Positions 1-12,849 are shown, counted from the stretch's first letter. The stretch: DNA of 64,000 nucleotides from Camelus dromedarius (GCF_036321535.1 NC_087437.1:59522001-59586000); one strand, 5' to 3'. Numbers and translations: made by a program. Notes: generated by a model not told the origin, from the sequence alone.

Positions 1-284
1 TCCTTCCCCTCAGAGCTGCTCATAGGACTTATGGAAGCAGAGGCAGTCTTGGCAATCCCAAAGGAGAGGCACTGTATCTTAGCAACGCAGACACCGTACC
101 TTTCTCAGCTTCCGTGGCCACCCTGGCATGGTTTTCCTCACAAACACAACAAAGCATACAGATATACTGGGAGGTGCTTTGGGACTGGACTCCAATGGCA
201 GAGTTAGGACTTTCTTGTCTGGATGTTCATCACCTGTGATTAAAAACCGTAGGTGCTACTGACTTTCCATTTTCTCCTGGGACG

Positions 285-480
285 CTATGGTGTAGAGGGA
301 AGAGTCCTGGATTTGAAGACAGAAGAGCAGGGTTTTGGTTCCTTTGGTATTTGATAGCTGGTCTTTCAGTCCAGCCATCTGATCTCGTTCAGGCTCAGTT
401 TCTTCATCTATGAAATGAGCATGATATGTATCCCACAGCTCACAGGGTTGTTTTTGAGCATTTTCATAAAAATGCCTTGT
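285..480 (+). mobile_element. MIR SINE fragment
   Basis: MIR core-like segment ggctcagtttcttcatctatgaaatgag...cacagggttgttttgag; boundaries approximate. Confidence 0.7.
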
Positions 481-624
481 ATGCTGTGTGTCTCTATGAA
501 AAGGTGGGGAGTCATACGCCCAGATAATTAACATGTCCCCATATCAAGCAGGACCATTCTTTTACTCAGCAGGGTGGTATGAACCCTCCAGACAGCCATT
601 GTATTCTTTAACTAAAGCTCTAGG

Positions 625-860
625 AATCTCAACTCAGCATCTTAAAAGAATTCACGTTTATTACCTCACAGTTGCCCTAGGCCAGGAGTCTGAGCTCAGC
701 TCAGCATGGTCCTTGGCTCAAGGTCTCACAAGGCTGCATTCAAGGTGTCAGTCAGGCTGTAGGCTGGTCTGGAGGCTTGACTCGAAGATAATCTACTTCT
801 GTGCTCACTTTGGTTGGCAGAGTTCATTTCCTTGTGGTTTGGAGAACTGAGGTTCCTCCA
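625..860 (-). mobile_element. MaLR (MLT1-type) LTR fragment
   Basis: tttattacctcacagtt...ggctcaaggtctcacaaggctgcattcaaggtgtcag...gttggcagagttcatttccttgtgg resembles antisense MLT1 LTRs. Confidence 0.7.
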
Positions 861-2029
861 GGTGCCCACAGCTCCAGTCTTTAGCCTAACCTGCCTCTTA
901 TGGTTAGACTGTTGGTCAGTTCCATGTTTCATTCTCTGATGCAAACCTTTCTTGATTAATTGATGTCAGTTAGTTGCTGGGTGAGTTCTTTTTACATAGT
1001 GACTCCAAAGCCCTGTGAGTTGCTGTGGTCATACCGCTGCCTGTACAACTGTGCTCCCCCACGCTCTTCCACGTTGTTGACCGTGACGATGACACTGGCA
1101 GAGGAGGAAGGCCTTTTGGCCAAGGAATGGGAGAGAAGCCCAGCCTGTAAGGAGAGGGCCCTGCCCGGGGCTGGCTCTGCAGGGCAGGAGGGGAGAAAGG
1201 CTGAGTGTTGGGTGGGCGGTGCAGGAAGCACAGGAGTTCTTCAGCAACTTTGGGATCTAGTGACTAAGGGGCTCTCCCTCCTTCCCTTGGGGGCAGAGCA
1301 AGGCAGCGGGGCCACCTGTGGACTCATGGTCACCTTGGATGCCTTCTGCTAGTGTGACCATCTTTTCATTCTTTCCTTTTACCCCAAGACAACAAAATGT
1401 CAGGTGACTTCTTTCCTTCAGGACTGAGCCAACGAGGCTTTTCTTAGGTTCTGCTGATAACATGTCTTCTCCTCTTAAACATTCCAAATCTGAGAAGGCT
1501 TCTCGTCTCTGAGATCATCTTCCCATTTTCCTCTCCTGTTGTATTTTCCTCCCAGTTTGCCCGAGACTTTCTCTGTGGAAATTTATGTTCTTTACCTGGC
1601 TAATTGTATCTTCTTCCATTACTTGGGCTTCCAAATTTCATCATGTGACAATCTTTTCCCTCAAGGTTTCTGATAGGCAGAAAAACCCTGATTTAAAATA
1701 ACAACCCATCTTATTTTAAATTCAATCATTATCTATTTAGGACATGATTTAATTTCCTGAGGTATGATCAATTGCTCAATTTTATTTACTTTATCGTTCC
1801 AGGAACCAGAAAAGCAGGACAAATATTCCAGCTACCTGGAACGGATGGGAAAAACTCAGGCCTTGTGAAACTTTTTCTTATCTGCTGCAGTGTTTGATAC
1901 TGAGTTAGCATTATTCAGTACGTGTTGAAATGATCCTATTCCTCATTTCCCCTCAATTTTATGTCATGTCACTCTTCTTCCTGATTTAAACAAGAAACAG
2001 TTGCCCAGACTTGAAGAACAGGAATCACT

Positions 2030-2820
2030 TTTGATCTTGCCCTCTCTCCAACCCCTGTGTCCAGCCCCAGCCATGTCCATTCTGTCTTCAAAACACCTGT
2101 CTAGTCTACCTGCATCTTGCTCCACCTCCCCTTCTCCTCAGCTCTGGACCACTGCGGTAGTCGCTCTGTTCTTGCTTCCTCTGTTCCTGCCTCTTCCAAT
2201 CCATTCCTCACAGGGCAGCCAGACTGCTGAGAAATCCAAACCCCATGATGCCTCTCCCCAGATTCAAACCCATCACCGACTTTCCATTGCCCTTAGAATG
2301 TAATCCTAGTTCCTTTCTGTGGCCTATGAGGCCCTATGTGATATGGCCCCTCCTCTCTCTCCCTCTTCATGTCTTATTTCTCTTCCCTCTAGCCCCTGTC
2401 CTCTCCTTTCAATTTCTTCCAATGCCAAGTCCTTCCCTGCCTTAGGTCACTGCAGATGCTGTCCCTTCTGCCCAGCATGCCCTTCCCCAAGCTTTCCATG
2501 CGAACTGAATCCTTCTCATCTTTTAGGTATCAGCTTAAAGGCAACCTTCCCCAAGAGGATGTCCAATCCAAAGTGGACTTGCCCTGTTATTCTCTCATGT
2601 CTCCTGTTCTTTTTCTTCATAGAATTTGCTGTTTTATTCATCTGTGGTCTCTCCTCTCCTCTTGTTATAAAGCAACTAAAGCTCTATAACAAGAAGGACC
2701 ATATATGTTTTGTCCATTACTGCACAACCAGACCTCAGCCCAGTACCTGACACATGGCAGACATTAAAGTCCATTAAATGAAGTTTTAAGAAGAGGATGA
2801 ATGAATACATGAATGCATGA
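2030..2820 (+). mobile_element. L2 LINE 3' fragment
   Basis: cccttagaatgtaatcc...gaggccctatgtgatatggcccct, ending in the L2 tail cctgacacatggcagac...gatgaatgaatacatgaatg. Confidence 0.75.
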
Positions 2821-4334
2821 GGCTTCCTTGGATTCTTTCCACTTGTGCCCTCCTAAGCAAGACGATATGCCTTATAGATACTATATGGTCCCCCCCTTCC
2901 TCCTTCCCTAACTTCATTACTTCCACTTATACTCATTTGTTGACTACTTTCTATGTGTCTGCACTATTTTCCCACCACAGTAACATCTTGTTTACCTAAT
3001 GGAAATCATCTCAAACCCTTGTCTATTTACAATTCAATTGAAAAGCCAGAAAGAAGCAAAAATCCTCTGCAATAAACCCCACATTGTGATATTCCAGCCT
3101 TTAGGAGTCCCCACTCAAATAAATTTTTAATATTTTCCCACACTTCTGATAGGCACAAAGATCTGCTCTTTAAACCAACAGCTAATCCAATGTATGTCTT
3201 CTGTTGGTGGGAAAGGGCGTACCTGAATGCCATTAAATGAAGCCATCTTTTCCAACAGAAGGTCTCACGAAAGGACATTTAAATTAAGACGCAAATAGAC
3301 ATAGAATTCTTATTGTAATACATTCATAAATCATAGAGTCTCAACACTTCACGCGTGCACGCACACCCTAGGAACCGCCTTCGTCTAGCTCATTCACCCA
3401 CAGCCACCATCGGACACAGTGTGTCTCCCTCCACGGGGGGCTTGCACTGCACTTTCCTTGGTGTCCTGCTAGGAACCTGGGATGCCCAAAGGGGTCCATT
3501 TCAGGAGGTTTTCCTTACAGGATAAAGGAATACAGGGAGCCTGGGACTCCTTGAGCTCTTCTTGGACTGCCTGTCCAGAATCCCAGCACTCCAGAAGCTT
3601 AGAAGACAGACAGCCCCGTAGCTCACGGATGAATCCCTTAGACACCAAGGGACTCTGTCCAGCATACCCTGCCTTGTCAAGAGAATACAGACCTGCCCCT
3701 GCCCCTGCAAGGGCCCTTCCTCCACAAGTTCCATTAGGTTAAACTCAGTATTTGACCTTGTCAAACTCGTAATATGGAGTATTTACTCTGTTAAGTATTC
3801 ATTATTCAGTCATTCACATTTAGTGTGACCTGGGTGCCGGGCAGGCAGCACGCCAGGAGTACAGAAGGCGGCAGGACGCTCTCTGCCGATCTTGCCCTCA
3901 GAGTACCGCCCTCAGAGTACTGCGCATGTGCTGTGCTGCCCAGGAATTTCCTGTTTCTAAGAACCGCCCTTTCTCTCTTAAATAGCCCATCAGTGGGTGC
4001 CCTTAGGGATCCTTAACCTCAGCTCTGTCAAGTTCTTATCATTTGTTTACAATATGTTCACCTATCTCAAAAACACCCTTCCCTGATTTAGAGATTGCTT
4101 GCTACATTATTTGTTTTTTCTGGCTCAACTGGAACTGTCTGCCAGGCCCTTCCTTCTCTGTCTCCACACCCTCCATGTGATGGAGGGTTGATGTGTGGAT
4201 TTAGCGTCAGGCTTGTCCTACAGGCCGCCACAGGAGTTTTTCAGGATGGGAACAGACCACTGTTAGAATACATTCTCTTGGAGTTAGCCTGTGAAAGGGC
4301 TCTTAAGACATATAAATTCCTGAGAGGGGAATTT

Positions 4335-4435
4335 CTATGCATATGTATGTTTAAAAAATATACATATACACACAGCTATAGTCATGTATACAAAATTTAT
4401 ATATATATGTATGGTTCTCTCTCTATATATCTATC
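4335..4435. repeat. TA-rich low-complexity / degenerate (TA)n
   Basis: atatacatatacac...atatatatatgt...ctctatatatct. Confidence 0.6.
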
Positions 4436-4754
4436 TGGGAGTTCTCCCCAGTCCATTGCAATCCCATTACTAGTTACCTCCATATAAGACTCCCTGATGA
4501 GTAGTCTGGGAGTGAATTAATTATGTAGATGTTCAGGGATGCAAAGCCCTAATGGTCCAAAGTCTGAAAGGAGTGAGACCAGGTTGTCAGCTGTGGCCAC
4601 AGCCACCCATGAGAAGGCTTGCCTGTTTTTCTGTGTTAGACTTCTAAGTGAACCAATAAGCCTATCTTACTAATTGAAGGATTTTCAATGTCAGTGGCAA
4701 TTAATTATGGGGCTTCTCTTGTGAACATGGACTTCCAATAACTCACAAAGACAT

Positions 4755-5482
4755 TTTGACTCTTCCTCCTAAATATCTCTTGGTTACATCCACTTCTCTC
4801 CACCCCCTGCCACCATCACCCCCTGTCTGGGCACCACATGGCTCTCCAACCAGCCTTCCTGACTCCCCTCTGGTTCCCCTCTAATTCATTCTCTACCTAG
4901 CACCCAGAGCCATCTTTTAGATCACAGATCAGATGGGGTCACCATTGGCCCTCCATTGCTTCCCTAGACCTCAGGATAAAATCCAAGCCTCTTTAACCTA
5001 GTCCATAGAATCCTCCCTTCTTGACTCCTGTTGACCTCTAGCTACATCCTTAGTCCTTAACACTTGTTCCCTTTTCACAATGCCCCAACTACTCATATCC
5101 CATGCTTGCACTTGATTTGGGGATTTGAACATGCTGCGCTAGTGCCTTGAGCTCCCAGCCCTCCCATCCTTAATTCCTAGTCAGTCTTGAAGACCCTGTT
5201 CATACATCACCTGAGGGCGCCAGGGCAGAACACTCAACATCCTTCACCACCATCACCTCTTTCCCTGTAGCTGGACTAGGAGACACTGCTATTGTTCCCA
5301 GAGCCTCCTGGTACCCCTCTGTTGGGCCATTACCATAGTATATGCTAACTGCCTGCTCCCTTAACCAGAATGTAAGACCCCAGAGAACTGGATTCTCTCC
5401 TATTCATTATTGTATCCCCAGTAGCTAGTACAGTTCCCAGAACATAGTAGGGAAGAACTCAATAAGTGTTTGTTGAATTAAT
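4755..5482 (+). mobile_element. L2 LINE 3' fragment
   Basis: cctcctaaatatctct...ccacttctctccacc...; terminal tgtatccccagtagctagtacagttcc...ctcaataagtgtttgttgaattaat. Confidence 0.8.
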
Positions 5483-6687
5483 TTATCCATAAATAGATTT
5501 GCTGGGATAGATAAATCCTCGGCCTTGACGTCAGAGATGATCTTGATAAAGCAGATGACACAGTAAGAAAAACTCTAGCAGGTAGTCGTGAGTTTTGATT
5601 TCCTTGTAAACTCAGGCAAGTCACTTCTCCTCTCAGCACAGAACTTCAGTTTTCCTACACATAAAACCCTGGCACCCAAATCTTAGAGGTCCTTTTCAAC
5701 CTTTTGTGGTCTATGGTACTGATTCATACGTGTTTTCTTTAGGAATTACTCTTATTCCTCTGTGTGCCTATAAGGGATGCCAGAAGACTATCATGTCCAG
5801 AAGGACTCTTTTCAAATCTGTTAATAGCATCAAGGACAAAATTAGAAACGAGGGTTGCTTTGGTCACAATGGGACTTAGTCCTCGAAGCTCAATTGTCAA
5901 CACCTCTTGCTGACGTCTCCCTGGGACTGAGGAGCGCCTGCCTTTATTTCCTCCTAATTGGCATCCTGAGGCTTCTCCGTGAAGACTCCACTGTCCTTTC
6001 CCTGCAGAGCTGAGATATTTGCTGAATTTCAAAGATTGCTGTGTGAAAGAATGGCTCAGAATCAGGGCTTGGGTAGAGCTGAAAGAGGTGTCAGATTCCA
6101 TGAGTGAGTGTACAGAGTCTAGAAATTTGGTAAAACCTTCCAGAGCTCAAGGTCCAGAATTGCAAAATCCTGGACTGGAGTGGAGGGCCATAGGTGGAAG
6201 GCTTAACATTACTGCAAGGCGTTCATAAATCCATTTATGCATCCAACATAGTCTCTGACTAAATGATGACTACGTCTTGCAAGTATAGATTGTTTTTCAA
6301 ATGTATAGCAGAACTGCCATTGTGACTAATGAGACAAACACTCCTTTAAAAAGTAGCTCTAAATTCATCCCAGGTGTCCTGTCCTTTCCTTACTCAATGG
6401 ACACGACAAGGGATACGCAGGACTCCCAGTTCCAGAAATGCCAGCTCTAGGAAAGGTGAATTCAAGGCTGCCTTGTGGCTGTACTCCTAGCACTTCGCTC
6501 AAGTCCAGACATGTACTTGGTGCTTAATAGATCATCGTCAGGATTCAGGAAATTTTTTTTTCATTTTAAAAAGACAGACTTGTATTAAAAAGGTTCGGAA
6601 CCACAGGCTAATCAGAATAATGAATGATATAACGTTTTTGTGTATCATAAAGCCTTTGGCAACTTAAAAAAAAAAGAATTACTTTCA

Positions 6688-7442
6688 TTTTCTCATCATG
6701 AAAACACTTGCTATCTATCCTTTGAGCAAATTTCCAGTATAGAATACATTATTATTAAGCATAGCCACCGTGCTATATAATTGCTTCCTAGTTTTAGCAG
6801 TTATGGATAAAGCTGCTACTAACATTTGTTGCAGGTTTTTGCACGGACAAAAGTGTTCAACTCATTTGGATGGATACCAAGAAGCCTGATGGCTAGATCA
6901 TATGATGTGAGGGATATGTCATTAGCTTGCTTGTGGTTGTCATGTCATCATGTGTATGTATATCACATGATCACGCTGTACCACCTAAATAGATACAATA
7001 TTAATGTGAATAAAGCTGAAAAAAGACGTCTTGCAACTGGTGAATGGATAAACCATGATACATCTATACAACAAAATATTATTCACCAATAAAGAGAAAT
7101 GAGCAATAAAGTCACAAAGAGACATTTAGGAAAGTGATATGGTACAAAGCCCAGTGGTTGCCAGGATTTCTGGGGAGTTTAGGAAAGAAGAGTAGGTGGA
7201 TGTAAAGGGAATTTTAGGACAGCACAACTATTCTGTATGTGACAGTAATGGTGGACACATGACACTATTCATTTGCCAAAAGTACAACACAAAGAGTCAA
7301 CCCAGGTGTAAGCTCTGGGCTTTAAAAATGTGACAATGAATATATGTATGTTTGTGTATAATTGAAAAATGGTGCTCTACACTGGAATTTGACACAACAT
7401 TGTAAAATGACTATAACTCGATAAAAAAGTGTTAAAAAAAAA
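6688..7442 (+). mobile_element. Composite L1-mediated retrocopy with 5' inversion (L1MA/L1MC fragments + young L1 3' end + polyA), flanked by a TSD
   Basis: TSD aaaaagaatt(a/g)ctttca at 6671-6687 and 7443-7459, with a TT|AAAA site at 6664-6669. 6688-6904 is antisense L1; 6905-7442 is sense L1 ending in poly(A). Confidence 0.8.
7324..7442 (+). mobile_element. Young camelid-type L1 3' terminus (inside the composite insertion)
   Basis: gaatatatgtatg...actggaatttgacacaacattgtaaaatgactataactcgataaaaaagtgttaaaaaa. Confidence 0.8.
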
Positions 7443-7949
7443 AAAAAGAATTGCTTTCACATGCAGCGCTGTATTTGGCCTCAAAACTGAGCTTGCAAGG
7501 GAGGCAAACTCAGAGTCCAAGAGGCTGTGTGCAGTGCGCTGCGAGCGCTGAGTCGGGGAACCTGGTCTTCAGCTGTGTGCCGAGGGACTACAGCAGTTTG
7601 CAGAGAAGACTGTCTCTCCTCTGTTGCTCTGGTAGCTGGAATGGCTGCGATGCATGACATCTAGGGAAGATAAGGCCCTAGAATAAAACTGGCATTTCGT
7701 CAAGTCAGTTTAGTTACTATATAAGAATTACAAAGACAGTCCACAGCTCTTGAGCATAAAAAGGTGAAGGAGCTGGGGAGGTTGCCTGAGAAATCACAGG
7801 CTAGAGACTCTCCTCTTGTATCTGTACTGTTACCTTTTCTTCTGTCATTAAACAGAAATATAACAGTGGGGGCCAAAGGAAGCTTAGTCTCCTTTAAGGA
7901 ATTTAAAGTGTGTATTTTTGTGCATTTTGGTGGAGGTGCGTGATTTAAG

Positions 7950-8135
7950 CATTGTGCAAGATGCTCCAAATATGAAGCACAATGTGAATGGCAATCAGAA
8001 GAATACTGATTAAATAAAGGAAGGTGCATTCATTCAGTGGAATGGGGTGCAGTCATTAAAATGATACAGATCTGTATTTGTTGACCTGTAATTGACTATT
8101 TAAAGCTAGTCAAAGGATAGCATACAGTATAGGTT
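7950..8135 (+). mobile_element. Old L1ME-type fragment
   Basis: gattaaataaagg...cattcagtggaat...gcagtcattaaaatgatacagatctgtatttgttgac resembles the L1ME 3' region. Confidence 0.5.
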
Positions 8136-8854
8136 AGGGTTTCCCCATTAATGTAAAGCTGTACACATTCTCACAAGTGTGAAGACATGCCTGGGGCAAG
8201 TGATGGTTGCCAAATATTAAGTAGGTCCACATGACAGGGTTTCTTGCGGTTTTGCCTTTCCTACTTCTGTGTTGTTAGGGGTCTGCATGACGAGATGCTG
8301 CACACGCATGGTGTCTTGTCTACTTGCATCCCTGATCCCAGAGAGCGTGATGGATCCACACAGGTCAGTGGTGTTTATTAGCCATTCCTCACATGACATC
8401 CAGAGCTGACTGGACACACTCGTTCTCCCCATAACTAAAAGGACAGCCTGGATAGCCACTTGGGAGCTGTATCGGGAGCAGAAGCAACTGGGCCACCACT
8501 GTGTGGCTCGGGTCCCAGTGCTCACTGCTTTCCTGAGCGCTGCCCACCAGGATCCCCCAGGAGCAGCAGGACACTCAGCCAGGGCATGAGCCCATGGTCT
8601 GTCCTGCCCGCCTCGTCCACGGAGGCTGAGCTCTGGGTCTCTCTGCGCTTGCTTCCCTGTCCCCAGGAGGCACTCAGGAGAGTGGGCACTAGCCTATCCA
8701 GTGTCACAGGATTTGTGTCCCTAGCCCTCTCCCCCACAATGCCACTGGTCATTCACCTTAGCCTCCTGTGGAATCCTACACTGACCAGGTGTGAGGAATC
8801 TGGAGTCAGAGGGACCCTGGTGTGTCCTGGGGGCTCATCAGTTGTGAGATGGTA

Positions 8855-9125
8855 GGTCGTCACTTTGCTTTCTGAGCCTCAGCTCTTCACCTGCAAACTT
8901 GGAACAATATTCTGCCTCATAGAGGGTCAAATGAGATGGTGCTCATAAAAGCGCTTTGTAGACCCTGAAACCGTCTTATAGTTGGGAAATTGGCAAGAAC
9001 GCAGGGGCTTTAAAATTAGGTGTGGATCTGAATGTGGTCCTCCACATATCGATCAGGAGACTTTGCTTGAATTAAGTAACCTCTCACAGCCTCAGTTTCT
9101 GACCTGTAAAATGGGGTTATTCTGC
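8855..9125 (+). mobile_element. Two MIR fragments (about 8855-8972 and 9020-9125)
   Basis: ctgagcctcagctcttcacctgcaaacttgg and aacctctcacagcctcagtttctgacctgtaaaatgggg. Confidence 0.75.
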
Positions 9126-10037
9126 TCTTTGTCCTACTTGCCAGCCCCAAACTCTCCAGGCAGGACTGTGATTTGTTAATCTCCAGAGAACTAAGGCTCA
9201 GATAAGACTTTCTCATGAGCAATTATTCAGATGTTGTAGGGGTGAGGGATCCCTGTGGCTGGAACCCAGCTTCCCCTACCTTGTTTTTATTTTTACACCC
9301 CCGAAGTCCAAAACCAGCTGTCTGAATCACTTGCAAACAGAGCCAAAACAATTTTCATGCGTCACAGGAGGCCACGGGCTCCAGCCACGCCTCAGGATGA
9401 TATACTAAAAATATCTTCCCAGAGCTATTTTTAAGGCTCTGCAGGCTGCTAACCACAGGTGGAGACAGCAGAACTCCTCACTGCATGCACGCAAAGGGCG
9501 CCAAGCTTATAGACAGGTGGGCCCTCGGGTCAGTTAAGGAGTTGGACTGAAACCCCCACATCCTCCTCTCTGACCACAGGAATGGCTCACCGGGCAAGGC
9601 AAGTACAGCCTTGCCATTTTTCCGGAGACCCTGCCAGGCAGACAGGGCCACCGTTATATCAGCTGTGTGCAAACTTTCCACACTGGGAATTCTCTGAACC
9701 ACTGGCACAGAGGCTTCTGCCAAGCGAGGACGTTGGATGATGCTCATCCTTCATGTTCAAACAGTTGTTTATAGTTTTCAAGGCGTATTCACATCCTTTA
9801 CCTTCTCTGATACTTAAGGCACTCTTGCTAAATGGGTATTAGCCCCATTTCCTGGATTGGGAAAATAAAGGAATATCTATGCTCTTGCAAAGCCCCTGTT
9901 AGGCTACAGAATGTAAAACCAGTCCTTGGGTGTCTGGGGATGGGATGACCTTGGATAGCACAACGTGGGCTCAGCATTTCCTTCTCTGGCTCCTGCACAG
10001 TGGCCACACCCACCTCCCCTGGGGTCAGGCTCCTTGC

Positions 10038-10150
10038 CATTCATTCATTCATTTGACAAACATTTCCTGGGCACCCAGTCCTGGCCAGGCCCTCCCTGTG
10101 CTATGCTCAGAGATAAAAGATGTCATCCCTGCCCTGGGGAGGTGACAGTG
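10038..10150 (-). mobile_element. L2 3' end
   Basis: cattcattcattcatttgacaaacatttcctgggcacc...gtcatccctgccctgggga (antisense L2 tail). Confidence 0.75.
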
Positions 10151-11388
10151 ACAGGACACAATCCACAGTGCATGGTGGGCATAGAGTGGAAGGAGACATC
10201 ATGAAAGGCTTCAGGAAGGCTTCTTCTATTTCCTATTCAGCGGGCAGACACTGCTGCTTCCCTCCTCCCCACTGGCCCACCTCCAGCCCTGCTTTCTTGT
10301 GCTCCCCTTCGTGTCCTCCCCCCCGCCACCGCCACTGCTCTAGCCGGAGGTATCAGGCACTGCCTTGATGCATCTGCCCGCTCCTCACCCTTAGAATGTT
10401 CTTTATCAGTTGTTAAGTAGACTGTGAGTATCTTGAAAGCAGAAACTCAAAGTTGGCCTGAAGTATTTGGTAATAACATATGGTGAGCCTAACACATATT
10501 TGTTGTGTAAATTCACGCAGTAACACATGCATCAACATAAAGCATTGACACCAATACATATACACATGTGTTACATACATACAATTAATTGTGCCCACTC
10601 ACCGCAGGGGAGACACATAGGCCCACCCCGGGCACATGTGCTCACCCAGCGCTCCCCGCGGGACCCCGATGGGCCGCTCTCTGTGACACACTTCCACGTC
10701 CTGGAAAGAAGCTGTCCGTGGACACGGGCCTGGCCCATCCACATTTCCTGGATACATCTGCTCTCATTTAGGAAACAGCCCAGGTCATTTTCCAATTCTG
10801 GAATGTGCGTGCTTCTGACAGATGGTTACAGGGAAGGAAATTTGCCATCACATTATGGAATTTATGCTCCATGAGGCTCAGTTTTTCTTTCAACAGCAAA
10901 TGGCTTCTGGGAAGATAACAGGAAGTGGTGTCTTTCCAGCTCTCATCCTCATTCCCAGTTTGCTCAAGAAGCATATGACAGAAGCAGTGATTCCATTTCA
11001 ACTTGCAGTTTTATTTCCCAGTTTATAAGAGCTATAAAAGAATGTCCAGCAAAGCAAGCACTCTAATAGTTTCAAGCTTCCAACACGAATTCTTTTTTCT
11101 ACTAACAAATGTTGGGATATATTGCAAAAAAAATTTTTTTAATCCAAGTTCAACATATTTTATTTAAATATATTCAAAAATTTTCTAAGACACAAATTGC
11201 TCTCTTTAAGCCAAAAAGCTTCTTTGTTCTGGACAAAAATAGTAAGCATGTGGATGATAAGCTATCCTGGGATAATGGATTTTTTTAACCTTGTGTGAGG
11301 CCTTTGGTTGAGAAAAGAGACACTGTCTCTCCTGTCTGTGAAGGACAGTGAGAGGAGTCATGTCTACACCTTTGATAACCAACCCCTC

Positions 11389-11685
11389 CACACACACCAC
11401 ACACACAAACACCACACCACACACACACCACACACACACACACCACACCACACACACACACACCACATCACACACACACATACACACTACACACCACACA
11501 CATCACACACATACTACACACCATACACACACCCCACACACATACACCACACCACACACACACCATTTACACACACTGCACATACAACATATACCTACAA
11601 CACACATACCATACACACATCACATATATCACACCACATACACCACACCACACACACACACACGCCACACACACCACACACACAC
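11389..11685. repeat. Degenerate (CA)n/(CACAC)n simple repeat tract, ~300 bp
   Basis: Directly visible; almost only C and A with some T. Confidence 0.95.
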
Positions 11686-12062
11686 TGTACAATGGCATGT
11701 AAAATATGTAAACTTGAGCCAGATCAGCATGAGGTTGAATTTCTTAGAGAGTTGGAGCCACCAGCTCAAGATGCCTTGGTCCTCCTGTGGTCATTTGAGT
11801 CCCCTACTCCAATCTACCCCCTGCTTTCATGGCCACAGATCCAAGCCCTGACAATGGCGGGCCACCCTGCAGTACAGAATGTTCCCAGGGCCCCTGGTTG
11901 CCATTTCCTGCCTTTAAGATTCTTCTAACCCCGAGTACTTGAGTAATCAGGGAGGATTCCCCCCTTGGAATAAGAGGATGGAAGCCCAATAGAGTTAGCA
12001 TTTTCTGTCTCAGAAGGGCATCTGGAAACAGATTTTTCTAGAACTGGGATGCCTTCCTGACA

Positions 12063-12189
12063 TTTTTTTTTTTAACAACATAGTGATTCGATATTTCTAT
12101 ACATCTCAAAATGAGCACCACGGTAAGTCTAGTTATGAACTGTCATCCTACAGAGATATTATGTAGTTATTGGCTATATTCCTCCCATG
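12063..12189 (-). mobile_element. Short L1 3' UTR fragment
   Basis: poly(T), then acaacatagtgattcgatatttctatacat...aagtctagtta...gttattggctatattcc; possible imperfect TSD ctgaca(t/g)ttt at 12057 and 12190. Confidence 0.7.
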
Positions 12190-12849
12190 CTGACAGTTTC
12201 TTGAGGGGCTGAGCAGTTATGTCCTTTAGGCCTCAGAGCCTGTGTGTTTGCACAGAGACAGGTGGATAAAAATGGTGGGGGCAGGAGACAGGCTGGAGAA
12301 GGTCAGAATCCCAGGGTAAAGTGGTCGTGGTGGCCATTGAGTGAGTGGGTGGGGTGGGGTACAAGTTAAGCCTCAGGATTTATCTGAGGAAGCAAAGACA
12401 GGGCGCCAGCTGGGCCTCAGAAGGGAGCTGGGGGAGTTCAGAGTGACTGTGGTGGAGGGAAGGAGGGAGGAAGAAGAGAAGGAAGGAAGGGGTAGAAACA
12501 GAAGATTTCTCTAGTTCTTACTTCACTTCCTGTGTGGACTGTGCTGGAGATGACCTGTCAGAACCCAGGCCCTCCTGACACTCGCTGGATCCTAGAGCTG
12601 CAGCCCTTGACCAAGGATGCAGGACCAGTCACTGGGAGCATCAGCAGAGGCCCATTCTTCATTGAAGCTGACGTCACCATCCCTCACTCAAGATGGGCGC
12701 TAATTAGTAATGGCAGTTTCACCAGATTCATAACAGATGCCAGATGGGGGCACACCCAGCTCTTATTTTATTCATGCTTGAAATGAGGTTACATCAGGAG
12801 CAGCTGGAGGAAGAAGGATCCTGGAACAGAACAGACTAGGGGAGGCGTA

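Noticed and set aside
11308..11928. 206-aa His/Thr-rich ORF and overlapping ORFs
   Set aside because: Translation of the CA simple repeat; no coding signal.
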